Below are positions 1 through 11,392 of a stretch of DNA of 64,000 nt, piece by piece. The translations under genes were made by a program, and so were the position numbers. Below the pieces are notes generated by a model, which was given only the letters and a program-made list of their open reading frames with translations, was not told the DNA's origin and searched no databases. The stretch lies in the NCBI RefSeq assembly GCF_036321535.1, contig NC_087436.1:86492001-86556000 (forward strand). Direction: 5' to 3'. The DNA comes from Camelus dromedarius. Its lineage: Eukaryota. Position 1 is the stretch's first letter. Each line of letters opens with the position of its first letter.

Positions 1-65
1 TGTTATGTGTGGGGCATGCTCTAGCAGCTGGGGAGACAAACATAGAAGTGATTTCATCACAGCTC

Positions 66-760
66 TCAAGTCACTCCCAGTGTACTGGGGACCACCAGCC
101 TGGGCCAAGTCACCGTAGCCTTTTGTCTGGATGGTTGCAGAGACCTCCTAACTGGTCTCCCTGTGTCCACCCTCGTCTTCCGTTCTCCATACATTAGACA
201 GAGGACTCCTGTTCGAACACGGGTCAGATCATGCCTGCCCCTGCTGAGCACTCCGTTCCTGCTCTCCAGTCTGTCTCCTGCTTCTGTTCCCCTGGCAGAC
301 GGTGCACCAGGAATTCTGGTCTTGCTTTCTCTAAAGCAGGCCAAGCCCATCGCCACATTCACGGCTCTCCACATGCCATTCCATAGGCCGAGGATGCTGG
401 TCCACCAGAGGTCCACGTGGCCCACTCCTCACCTTTCCAGGCCTTTGCTCAAATGTTGTTTCAGTGATGCCTTCCGTGACTGCCCTATTCAACACTGCAG
501 CCCCCATTCTGAGCCTCTGAATGCCTCCTTCTGGGATTATTTTATTACATTGCACTGACCATCATCTAACCATACTATATATATTTTTTGGTGTATTTTA
601 CTGATTTACTTTCATTGTCTGTCTCCCCTTTGCTTCTTGGGAGCAAATATTTTATATATTTTATACCCAGGTGTATGTATCCCTAGTGCCTAAAAGAGTG
701 CTTAGCATATAGCAGTTGCTCGATGAAAATTGATTTTTGAATAAATAAATGACCGAATGA
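66..760 (+). mobile_element. LINE-2 3' fragment
   Basis: L2 3' motifs (ctcctcacctttccaggcctttgctcaaatg; ccctagtgcctaaaagagtgcttagcatatagcagttgctcgatgaaa) ending in a tgaataaataaatga tail. Confidence 0.75.
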
Positions 761-1183
761 GACATTCATGTAAAACAAACCTAAAATGCTACACAGGTAT
801 GGTTTTCTGTGAGCACAGAGGAAAAAAACCTATCTGCTTACAGAACTGGGGAAGGCTGACTCAAAGAGGTGTCTTTGCATTTAATCTCAAAAGATAAGCA
901 GCAAGTAGCCAGGTGAAGAAAAAAAGAAAGGTACGCAAGTAGAGGGAACAGTGAAGTGGAAGAACGTGCCTATTTGGGAACTACAAGTAGTTTGGGGACA
1001 ACAGGAGCATAGGATGCTTGTGGAAAGGACAGTGGCATGAAATGAGGTTGGAAATGTGGACTAACTCCAGCTTGTGTCCAGCTAAGGAGGTTTGACTTCC
1101 TTCTTCAGGTGATGGGGAGCTATTCAAGGCTCCTAAGCAAAAGAGAGACTTGATTGGATTTATTCTTTAAGAAGACCTCTCTG

Positions 1184-1384
1184 TGGGAGGGTACAGCTCA
1201 GTGGTAGAGTGTGTACTTAGCATGCATGAGGTCCTGGGTTCAATCTTCAGTAAAATAAATAAAATTAATTTATTAAAATAAATAAGTAAATAAATAAACC
1301 ACATAACTCCATCCCCAAAACCCCCCAAAAATCACAAACCAAAAAAAAAGTAATAAAATTTAAAAAAATGAATGTTTAAAAAAA
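1184..1384 (+). mobile_element. Vic-1-type camelid tRNA-Ala-derived SINE
   Basis: Head gggagggtacagctcagtggtagagtgtgtacttagcatgcatgaggtcctgggttcaat with A/B boxes; A-rich tail; 15-bp TSD aagaagacctctctg at 1169-1183 and 1385-1399, at a ttt/aa L1 endonuclease site. Confidence 0.9.
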
Positions 1385-1620
1385 AAGAAGACCTCTCTGG
1401 AAGCCCTGTGGGGAAAGAACTGGGGGTTGCTGGGAAGACTAATTTCAGAGGTTGCTTCAGTAGAACTGTTGAAAGGTGACAAAGACCTGCAGAGTGACTG
1501 TGAATGTGACAGAGAGGAGGAATTTAAGAGACATTGGGGTAGCAGATGCTAAAGGACTTGATAATCCATGGTGGGGGTGAGAAGAGGACCCGCTTGAGAA
1601 GAAAAAGATTAGAATGAAGA

Positions 1621-1765
1621 GGGGAGGGTATAGCTCAGTGGTAGAGTGTGTGCTTAGCATGCATGAGGTTCTGGGTTCAATCCCCAGTACCTCCATTAAA
1701 ATAAATAAGTAAATAAATAAACAAACCTAATTACCTCCTCAGCCAAAAAAATTTTTAATTAAAAA
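1621..1765 (+). mobile_element. Vic-1-type camelid SINE
   Basis: ggggagggtatagctcagtggtagag...gggttcaatccccagtacctcca, AT-rich body with ctaattacctcc, poly(A); 16-bp TSD aaaaagattagaatga at 1602-1617 and 1766-1781. Confidence 0.92.
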
Positions 1766-2672
1766 AAAAAGATTAGAATGATTCACCTCAAGTGTCTTTG
1801 GGGTAATTGAGATAAATAGATACATTCATCCAACAAATATTTATTGAGAACCTACTATGTACCAGGCACTAATCTAGGCACTGGGAATATGGCTTTGGAC
1901 AAAATAGAAAAAGCCAAGTGGAAGAGGCTATAAATAAATAAAGAGATAGTAGAACTTCAGACTGTGATAAGCCTTATGACAGAAAATAAAGCGTGGTAAA
2001 AAGATGGAGCGCAATGTTTATTTCATGCAGGAGTCAGGGAGTGATTCTCTGAGGAGGTGGTTTTAGAGCACAGGAAATCCACGGGAAGATCTGGAGCGAA
2101 GGCTCTCCAGGCAGAAGGAATAGGGAGCATGAAGAACCTGTGACTGAAACAAGTTGGGGGTGGCTGACAAACAGTGAGAAGGTCAGTGTGGCTGAAGCTC
2201 AGTAAGTAAAGTAGCGAGATAAAGGAGAGTAGGCAGGGGGCTGGATCCTTACAGCTTCTTCCACCATGACGGTTGAGTGTGGATTTCCTTCAAAGTGTGA
2301 TGGGAAGCCATTGGGCGGGTTTGAGCAAAGGAGAGACACAATTTGACTTAGACATTTTTGTGGTGGTGGTGGTGGTGGTTTTTAAAACACTCTGGTTGTG
2401 GAGTATAGAGTGAACTTCAGAGAGGCAAGAATGAAAGCAGTAGTCCAGGGCAAAGCAAACAGTGGCTGAGGCTGACTGTAGCAGAGGGAGTGTTGCGAAG
2501 TGGCTAGCCTTTTTGTTTTCATAAGGGTGGGAAACTCAGGACTTTCTGATGGATTGATTATGGGAGGAAATAGAATAAAGAATCACTCCCACGTGCTTCA
2601 CCCAAGAAAATGGGTGAAGGTTGCTGCTCTGAGGTTGAGAAGTGTTGGGGACAAATAGATTTTAAGAAAATG

Positions 2673-3002
2673 AGAAAAAGACAAATGAACAAAAATATAA
2701 AACAGAAACAGACTTAGACATAAAATGCAAACTTGTGGTTGCCAGTGGGGAGGGGAGACGGAAGGGACAGACTGGGATTTCAAAATTTGTAGATACTGAC
2801 AGGTATATATAGAATAGATAAACAGGATTATACTGTATAGCACAGGGAAATATATACAAGATCTTGTGGTGGCTCACAGTGAAAAAAAATGTGACAATGA
2901 ATATATGTATGTTCATGTATAACTGAAAAATTGTGCTCTACACTGGAAATTGACAACATTGTGAACTGACTATAACTCAATAAAATAAAATTTAAAAAAA
3001 GA
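2673..3002 (+). mobile_element. 5'-truncated L1 3' end (artiodactyl/camelid type)
   Basis: acttgtggttgccagtggggagggg...tatactgtatagcacagggaaatatatacaa...gactataactcaataaaataaaa plus poly(A); TSD aagaaaatg at 2664-2672 and 3003-3011. Confidence 0.88.
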
Positions 3003-4088
3003 AAGAAAATGGAAGGGGGATCAAAGGTTTTGTTTCAGGCATATTTCACTTGGAAAGTCTATGAAATATCCAAGAGGGAATATGGGAAGACAGCTAGATG
3101 CACAGGTCTGGAGCTCATAGAGAAGGTCTGAGTGGAGACAAAAATTTGAAGGTGCTTGATGTCATGAAATTGAATGAGATCACCAGGGAGCTGACTACAC
3201 ACAGGGAAGAGAAAGTGATTCAGGACTGATTTTCACTCAAGATAATGGTAGTTGAATGGAGAAGAAGGAGCAGCCAGTAAAGGAGACAGAGAAGGAGATG
3301 CCGGTGAAAGAAATTTGAGAGGGTGGTGTCCCGAAGTGCCAAGTGAAGAAATTGGTTCCAGATGGAAGGAGTGAGTTTCTATGCCAGAAGCTGCTGAGAG
3401 GGCTGGTAAAATGAGCCCTGAGAATTGATCACCGGACGTGGCAAGATGGAGATGGAGATGACTGGCAATCTTGACGAGAGTGGTTTTGGTAAAGTGGTGG
3501 TGACAAAACACAAGGAGACTGGGAGGTGAGAAAGTGAAGAGAAGCCCTATCTATGACTCTTTTAAAATTCTTTGCTTTAAAAGAGTACAGAGAGATGGAG
3601 TGAGAGCTGGATGAGGACAAGCGGTCAGGCCGGCTTTACCTTGGTTTGTTTTCACAGTGTATATATGTACAGATGGGAACTATCCAGCAGAGAAGAGGAA
3701 ACGAGTGGTACAGGAGAAAGAGGAATGGATTGTGGGGGTCAAACCCCTGACTCAGCAGGAGGACGGGATGCAGTGCACAGGTGGAGGGGTCGGTCTTGGG
3801 AACAGGTACGATCTCATCTGTTTTAAGAGAAGGGACAGCAGGACCTAGAGGCACAGGTGCTTGATCCTACCAGGAGGAGACCGCTCCAGTTGGTTTTATT
3901 TTCTCAGGAAAATACTCAGCTGTGAGGGAGGAAGCAGAAGAGATGCTGGAATTGAGAAGCCAGGGGGAGAAAGTATGAGGAGCAGTCACAATGTCACAAA
4001 AGCAAGGGGACAGCAAATGTATTAGGATTGCCTGGCAATTGTGAGTGCTCACCTAGGATATATGGCCCCTAATTTTTTTCTAGCTTTA

Positions 4089-4210
4089 AAAATTTTTTTT
4101 TCTATTGAAGTGTAGTTGATTTACAATGTTAGTTTCAGGTGCACAGCAAAGTGATTCAGTTATACATATGCATACGTATATGTATTTTCTTTTCAGATTC
4201 TTTTCCATTA
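4089..4210 (-). mobile_element. Very short young L1 3' end inserted in the tail of the older L1
   Basis: ttttttctattgaagtgtagttgatttacaatgttagtttcaggtgcacagcaaagtgattcag; 14-bp TSD tttttctagcttta at 4075-4088 and 4211-4224. Confidence 0.85.
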
Positions 4211-4562
4211 TTTTTCTAGCTTTATTGACATTTGACTGACATATAACATTTTGTAAATTGAAGGTGTACAACGTGGTGATTTGATATATATTGTGAAGTG
4301 ATTACTATGATAGCCTTAGTTAACACCTCCATCATGTCACATATTACCATTTTGTTTTTGTGGTAAGAGATTTAAAAGCAGCTCTCTTAGCAATTTCCAA
4401 GTATATAATACAGAATTTTTAACTATAATCACCATGCTGTACATCAGATTGCCAGATCGTGTTCATCTTATAACTGGAAGTTTGTACCCTTTGACTGACA
4501 AATCCCCATGTTCCCCACCCCCCAAGCCACTGTCAACCACCGTTCTACATTCTCTCACTCTC

Positions 4563-4895
4563 TCTCCCTTATTTTTTTAAATGAAAGATTTCACAACGTG
4601 ACTTGCAAACTGGGCAGTTACAAATTACTTCCCAAAACTTTTATTGTCAGCATGGACCATAAATTAAGTGGATAAAGCAGCACGACTGCTACGAGGAATG
4701 GCAGCTTAAAATGGACACATTCTAGTTTCCTTTAAAAAAAAAAAGGAAGCGTTGTTATTCCATATTCACATAGGTCTGTATATCTTCCTATTCTTTTTCC
4801 ATTTCTGATCACCTCCCGCACATTGCAGAGAAGACACAATTAGGAGCCAGGAGATACAAGTTTCAGTGTTCTTGCCACACCTGGCTCTCTGGAGC
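4563..4895 (-). pseudogene. Probable processed-pseudogene fragment (last codons plus 3' UTR of an unidentified mRNA)
   Basis: Non-L1 insert splitting the L1MA text at ttctac/tctctgtttc; T-rich left end; AATAAA on - strand (4640-4645); - strand frame PESQVWQEH*NLYLLAPNCVFSAMCGR*SEMEKE*EDIQTYVNME*. Confidence 0.65.
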
Positions 4896-5331
4896 TCTAC
4901 TCTCTGTTTCTCTGAGTCTGGCTTATTTTAGATTTTACATATAAGTGAGATTGTATAGTCTTTGTCCTTCTCTGTCTGACTTAATTCATTTAGCATAATG
5001 TCCTCAAGGTCCATCCAGGTTCTTGCGAATGGCAGGATCTCCTTCTTTCTTGTGCCCAAATAATATCATCTTATGTTAAAGTGAGGTCAGTCAGGCTGGT
5101 CACGTTTAACACCAGTCAGTTTAGCCGCATGGGGGCTGGTGTGAAGTAGAAAGATAAAAAAAAAAGAGGGGAGATGACACTTTGGTGGAGGGAGATGTGA
5201 TATAATAGGAAGACGAAGAGCTCAACTTGGCGTGTTTTGGGTTTAAAGCATCTAAGGAGATGCAGGTAAGGCTGTCTGGGAAACAGTTGGAAGTGAGGAG
5301 CCTGTGCTGTAAATAACAGTTTGGAAATCAC

Positions 5332-5455
5332 TCACCGATTCAACAAACATTTACTGAGTGGGTCCTGTGTGCCAGACACTGTTCTACACCTGGGGAGACA
5401 GCAGCAAACAAAAGACAGAATCTGCCTTCATATGGAGCTCATGTGCTGGGAAGAA
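5332..5455 (-). mobile_element. LINE-2 3' end
   Basis: attcaacaaacatttactgagtgggtcctgtgtgccagacactgttctacacctgggg. Confidence 0.7.
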
Positions 5456-5469
5456 AAATCATCGTGTGT

Positions 5470-5764
5470 AGTTCAAAGATTTCCAAAGAGAAAGACGTGC
5501 AGCCCAGGGATGTGCAAGATGGTCTTTTTGTATGTGGCTGGAAAACATTTGAACTTCCACTTATATTATTTCTTACCTTCTTTGATATCTACCTTTATAT
5601 CTGTCTTATTAATTTTATAGTCTGTATATATTTATATAATATTTATAATATATGACACAGCAGTACATGTATTATCACATAACAGATATGTATATGTTGG
5701 GAGATGCATGCTCAAAAATTATTTACCAAGAGATTCTTGATCAAAAACATTTGGAAAACACTAG
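5470..5764. mobile_element. Degenerate hAT-Charlie-type MITE
   Basis: Ends in atttggaaaacactag, resembling a Charlie TIR; AT-rich interior; subfamily not assigned. Confidence 0.4.
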
Positions 5765-6444
5765 CCATATGGGAGATAGTAGAGGAAGAAAGATCACAGT
5801 TACATTCCCCCTAAACTGACACTGTTGAGGATGTGTGTAAGGAATTAGATTAGCTTTCTATGGGGCACAGCTTTTGAATGATTCCATTCTGTGTGGGTAA
5901 TTAAACTTCCTAAGTGATGAGCCTTCCAGAAATGGGACAGGATAAAAAATGTCACAAATAACTTTATTATGAGTGTGCTGTTGAGAAACAGACCAAGCTG
6001 GCATATGACAAGGTGAAGCCCATTCGGCAGAGGCAAGGTGACCATTGGTGAGGCCGGCTGTGGAGGAGTGTGGTCCTTGCAGGATCCCGTTGGTTTGATG
6101 GAAAAGAGTCGACCATGTGACTCTCAAGTGCCTTGTAACTCTAAACATCAGTGGGTATATGAACAATGAGCTGTGAACCTGGAATTATAATCCTCTCTTT
6201 ATGCAAAGAGCTGGATAGAGGAAGGGTGAATCAGCCTTACATCTACAAACAGAGGGGTGATGCTCTGCCCAGATGGTAGCCAAGGCGGAGCTGGAGAACA
6301 TGTCAGTATTTCCAGGTCACTTCGTGGGAGAGGGTGCCTGAGAAGCAGATGTGAACATTTTGGTTTCTGTGGCTGGTATCTTCCTATAGTGAAGAGTGAC
6401 TCACAGGGTCCCCACAGCCTGATGAAAATCACCATGGAGACGCA

Positions 6445-6620
6445 GCTCAGAACAGTGGAAAGTTACTCCATGAATCATTGTCTCCAGTGTTTACAAGTAA
6501 GGAGACTGAAGCTCAGAGAGGCCAAGTCACTAGCCCAGAGTCACCCAGCTGATAAGTGGTGGAGCTGGAATTCAAAGCTGGGGCTATCCAACTTAAAATC
6601 CCATGTTTTCTCTGCTATGT
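6445..6620 (-). mobile_element. MIR SINE
   Basis: Reversed MIR core ggagactgaagctcagagaggccaagtcactagcccagagtcacccagct. Confidence 0.8.
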
Positions 6621-6687
6621 GGTCAGCCGAGGAAATGTCCTAGGAGAAACACCAAGGGCTGCAGGTGGAAGAAGCAAGAATGCATTC

Positions 6688-7175
6688 ATAGGGACAAGTG
6701 GGCTGCCCTAACAAAGAGAGCCAAGAATTACCAAAACCAAAGAGTGGTTTAAACAAAGTGGCAGTACTCCTCTCTCTCACATAATGGTCTGAGCATAGGC
6801 AGCCCTGGACTGATATGCCAGCTCCATTGTGTTGGGGACCAGGCTCCTTCTGACCCTTGGCTCTCCATCACTTGTGGCATTGCCTTTACCTGCATGGTGG
6901 AAGATCATATCCTGCCCCATCACATCCACTGGGTCTAAACTTCATAAGTAGAAAGAGAGAGAAGAAGGGAGCCCCTGCAGCCTCTCCAGCGTGACCAGCG
7001 CTGCACGCTTGGCTTCTGCTCACAGACCTTTGGCCAAAACTAATCACACGGCCGCACCGAGTCATGAACAATGCTAGGAAATGCCTTCCTTCCGGGAAGC
7101 CATGTGCCTGGTTAAAACTCAGAGCCTCACTCTCTAAAAGAAGAGGGAATGGATATTGACAATCAGCAGCCCCAG
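6688..7175 (-). mobile_element. MaLR solo LTR (MLT1J/K-like)
   Basis: gctgccctaacaaag...gtggtttaaacaa...ggggaccaggctccttctg...ggccaaaactaatcacacggcc...gggaatggatattg. Confidence 0.65.
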
Positions 7176-7785
7176 AGCCAGAAAGTCACACCTGTTAGAA
7201 GAACAAGAAAAATTACTTAGAGGGAGGATTGAGACTATTCTAAAGCAAAGCGGGGGAGGCCAGTCCAGGCACAGGAGACAGCAAGGGCAGGGCAGGGCCA
7301 AGGGTAGAGGAGACAGGCCTCTTTTAGAGAAGAGCTTGTAGCCCAGTTTGATGGAAGGATTTAGAGGTGCCCCCAAGGAAACGCTAAGCGACCATTGGGT
7401 GGTGGTTGTGAATCCGGCTCTGGAGTCCGGTCCCCCATCTTCCATCTCAGCTCTACCACGTACAAGCCGAGTGGAGAAACCAGATGTCTGTGGAGCGGGC
7501 TTGGCACATGCTGGGCACATTAGCTTGGCTGTTACCTTGAATTAACCTCTCTCTTTCATTAAATATAGATTCCTTAGTTAAATGTAGAGGTGCAATGAGT
7601 TGGTTTCTATAGACATTTTTAGCTCTAAAATTCCCTGATTCTATGAGCATAATATAAAATGTTTAATATCAGCTGAAGAAACCTGAAAATAATATTTTAG
7701 AATAGTTTTCTTTCCCTTAGGTGACATCTTAATCTTGTTAAATTCACCTTTCCTTCCTCTTCAAACTGAATTATAATGATTTGGC

Positions 7786-7943
7786 TTTTTTGTTGTTGTT
7801 AGGGTTTTTTTTCGGGGGGGTGGTAATTAGGTTTATTTACTTATTTTATTTTTTTAAAATTTACTTAATGGAGGTACTGGGGATTGAACGCAGGACCTCG
7901 TACATGCTAAGCACACACTCTACCACTGAGCTCTACCCTCCTC
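7786..7943 (-). mobile_element. Vic-1-type camelid SINE
   Basis: ggtaattaggtttattt...tggaggtactggggattgaacgcaggacctcgtacatgctaagcacacactctaccactgagct. Confidence 0.9.
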
Positions 7944-8348
7944 CCTCCAATTTGTTGATTAGAGAAAAAGAGTATTATATTCAAATCATATTTTACCTAA
8001 TGCAAGATAACTGTTGCTGGTCCAGGACGTTGAGGCAATACTGCTGCCCAGCTGTGTGCGTCTGTCTCCTGTCTTCGAAAAGGAATGGGGACTCCAGGCA
8101 ACCTGTTAGTTTTCTGAATCAAATTGGGAGGTAGGTTCTTTAACATAGTCTTTTGAGGAAGCTACTCAAGGGATCACTAGGTCCAAATGTGCCTCCCAGA
8201 TAGATTTTCTCCTTCCTGGAACTTAGCTGGGGATTCTTGGATCGTAAGTTTGGGAGAGCAGGCTGTGCCAAGGAGCTCCACCTCAGTAGCTAAAAGGGGT
8301 GGATGGATAAAAGGGAAACAGGCAGTCAGTCTGATATTGTTTAGTCCA

Positions 8349-8806
8349 TGTTAAGGGTTAAATTGTGCCCCTCCCAACTCCATGTTGCAGTCCAAACCCC
8401 CAGTACCTCACTCAGAATGTGATCTGAGTAGGAGTTGGGGTCTTTACAGAGGTAACCATGTTAAAATGAAGTCTTCACAGTGGACTCTAATCCAATACAA
8501 ATTTCCCCTATATTAAAAAGGGGAATTTGGAGATACACATGCTTGCAGGGAGAATGTCATGTAAAGATGAAGGCAGAGATCAGGGTAATATTTATAAGCC
8601 AAAGAACACCAGCGATCACCAGCAGACCACCAGAAGCCAGGTGAGAGGCGTGCCACAGATTCTTTCACAGCCCCCGGAAGGCCCCCAACCCTGCCAACAC
8701 CGTGATCCCAGTCTCTTAGCCTCTGAACTGTGAGACTATACATTTCTGTCATTTAAGTCACCTGGTCTGTGGCACTCTGTTACAGCGGCCCTAGGAATTG
8801 AATATA
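8349..8806 (+). mobile_element. MaLR solo LTR (MLT1C-like)
   Basis: tgttaagggttaaattgtgcccc...gcctctgaactgtgagac...gttacagcggccctaggaattgaatata; near-5-bp TSD gtcca/gccca. Confidence 0.85.
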
Positions 8807-10839
8807 GCCCACATCAGAGAAGGGGAAATGACCAGCACTTAGAAAAGTGCCTGGTATGTAGTAAGTGTTCAATAAACACTTGTCGGATGGATAAACGGAT
8901 TCATGAAGAAACAGTTTCAAACAAATGAATGACCTGCTTTCTCTTCCAGCATCATCCCTCTGTTGTAAATTGCACACTTTACATCCTTACTGAAGAATTA
9001 AGGAGGAGAACAGGGGTCAGGAGAGCAGGAAAAGGGAGAAACAATAATCTGCATTTTTTAGAAATTCTCCAGGCCGCAGGGCTCTGGCCTTAGCCAGCCA
9101 TGCTCCATCCAGGAACACTCACCTAAGATGGTTGAAAACCTACCATTTATTATTGTTTATTATTAACACTCAGAACGTAGTCATCTCTATAAATTTCCTT
9201 AGTTTTTAAAATCAGCAAAATAGCTTAAAATACATTTGGAATGTTTGCAGACGGAGGGTAACCTCTGGTGTGTATTTTCAGAGTAGTTTTCCACTTCATT
9301 TTGAAAGACATCTGAGTCGCTGAGAAAATATAATCCATATGTTTCTGGCACATTTATCCTGAAAACCTCTGGAAGACTTGCTTTGTAAGCACCATGCGGG
9401 GGAGAAGAAATCCTGGAGACCTTTCAAATCTGTTCTCTGCGTGCGAATGAGTTGCATTTCCTGTTGCCAGCTTCACTGGCAACGTCCTTTGATTCAATCC
9501 TAACCTGTTTTCCAGTCTACCCTCAGAGCTCACCTGGGACCTTTCTGGTCATTTATTTCTCAGAGCACAGACCCATCTCCCAGTGGGTCTGCTGTGAATG
9601 ATGCTCCCACACAGGTGATTCAGACCCAGCCCCAGACTGTGCTGTCATTTCCTAAATAGCACAGATTTGCTTCATTTCTCTAAGCACCTGTCCTCAGGGT
9701 ATGTCTTTATAGAAAGTGGTAGATGATTTCTTTTTGACTTTCGGATATAAAAAATAATGCAAAATACTAATACCCAAAAAAGTTGGACATGGTGAGAACT
9801 TGCTCAGTGTTATTAGAAACAGAATACTTGTCCCATGCAGGTCAGAATAGGAGAGTTTCGTAATAAAGTCTTCTGTGTCTCCATTTAGAGAAAAGTGAGG
9901 CTCACTTCCAGAAAAATTCCAGATTATATGAACCACATGGGACTGAGGCCTTTCCATTAGCCCTTTCCATTAGCCTCTTAGGACTGAGTTCTTTCCTTTG
10001 GGATTTGTTTTATTCAATTGTGCATTGTTTGGTGTAGGTAGGTAACTTTATAAACTCTCCAAAACCCCATCATTGTAAGCAGGAAAAAGAAAGTTAAATG
10101 AGACCTTTGTTCTTGGATTGAAAATGTTTTGTTTTGTTTTGTTTTGTTTTTTGGTTTTCGTTTTGGTTTTCATTTTGGTAGGAGATATGAGGGAGAAAAA
10201 CAGTTAATGCTAGGGGCAGAAACCTGTCAGTGTCAGGGCAAGCTATAAAGGATGGGAGGAAGCCAACTGCAGAGCTGCTGACTCAGCTGCGTCCTGGCTG
10301 TGCTGTCAGTCCCTTACAGACAAGGGACATCACACCACTGAACAAGGCACAGAGCATCCCTGTCTAAGGTCTTCTCTCAACTCCTGTATCATTTACCCAA
10401 CCTGAACTGCGCGTTCCCCAAATGAGTGAAATCGCAGGAAACCCTCTCTGTTCTGATTCGTGGAGGGAAGAACAATTTGAGTTAGCGCATGCCTAGTGTT
10501 CAGTTAATTCACATTCCTCATTCCATGATGCATTGTTATAATTTGTCCTTGGGAAGTCCTTTCCGTTCTTTTCCTTTCACTTTTCTTTCTTCCTTACTTC
10601 TTACCTTTTATCTCCCTTCCACATCACCATCCATTCTAACGTGTTTAATATGTGTTTTTGTGTGTATGAACGTTTGCAAAATGAATCACGTGCTCTTGTG
10701 CATATGCGTTTTATTTTTGCATACGGTATTGTGTTATAGATCTTGTGATGCACAACCTGAACATTTAGTCATCCACTGTCCCAGTGATGGGTATGCAGAC
10801 TGTCTTCAACCATTCAATCCACAAATAAGACTGCTACAA

Positions 10840-11380
10840 ATTCATTTAAATCAGCAAATATTTGTATGAGCACCTGCTATGTTTCAAGTGTGGTTCTAGG
10901 TACTCAGGATGTATCAAAAAACAAAACATTGTAGAATAGACTACACTGTATAGCACAGGGAAATATACACAAAATGTTATGATAACTCACAGAGAAAAAA
11001 ATGTGACAATGAGTGTGTATATGTCCATGAATAACTGAAAAATTGTGCTGAACACTGGAATTTGACACAACATTGTAAAATGATTATAAATCAATAAAAA
11101 ATGTTAAAAAAAAAAACAACAGATGAAAATTACTCTACTTTTGGAGTTTACAATCCAGCAGCAAAAGAGAGAAACTAAATAAAGACTTATAAATAAGTAA
11201 ATTACATAGTATGTTAGAAAGTGATCAATGTGATATGTAAAAGCAGGGATTCTGGTGAGAAGGTTTTTGTAAAATTAGCAGCAAGAGACGATGACTGACG
11301 AGACCGGCGTGGACGCGGTAAAGATGGTGAGCAGTGGTCAGATTTGGGGCAGATTTTCAATTTAAAGCTGATAAAAATTT
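10840..11380 (-). mobile_element. LINE-2 3' fragment, split by an L1
   Basis: attcatttaaatcagcaaatatttgtatgagcacctgctatgtttcaag; resumes about 11117. Confidence 0.65.
10932..11116 (+). mobile_element. 5'-truncated L1 3' end
   Basis: ctgtatagcacagggaaatatacacaaaatg...attataaatcaataaaaaatgttaaaaaaaaaaa; closely similar to the copy at 2673-3002. Confidence 0.88.
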
Positions 11381-11392
11381 CTCAAAGTCCCA

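Larger units (their letters stand above)
790..1810 (-). mobile_element. LINE-2 fragment, interrupted by two SINEs
   Basis: Purine-rich antisense L2 text (aggagtttgacttcc...ggtgatggggagctattcaagg; aggaggaatttaagagacattggggtag); boundaries approximate. Confidence 0.6.
4073..5065 (-). mobile_element. Older L1 (L1MA-like) 3' end carrying two nested inserts
   Basis: ctagctttattgacat...aaggtgtacaacgtggtgatttgatat; gtttgtaccctttgac; gattttacatataagtgagattg...tcctcaaggtccatccagg. Confidence 0.8.
1824..5140 (-). mobile_element. Long LINE-2 fragment interrupted by L1 insertions
   Basis: Begins with the reversed L2 3' end (attcatccaacaaatatttattgagaacctactatgtaccaggcac); antisense L2 text resumes after each insert (about 3012 and about 5065). 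Confidence 0.75.

Noticed and set aside
1621..1695. tRNA-Ala(AGC) gene (also 1184, 7870, 25370, 57814)
   Set aside because: Extra 5' bases, imperfect stems, A-rich tails and TSDs show these are SINE heads, not tRNA genes
9949..9976. Short tandem duplications (cctttccattagc x2; also about 29315-29356 and 58860-58890)
   Set aside because: Two-copy slippage duplications without spacers; not CRISPR-like and commonplace
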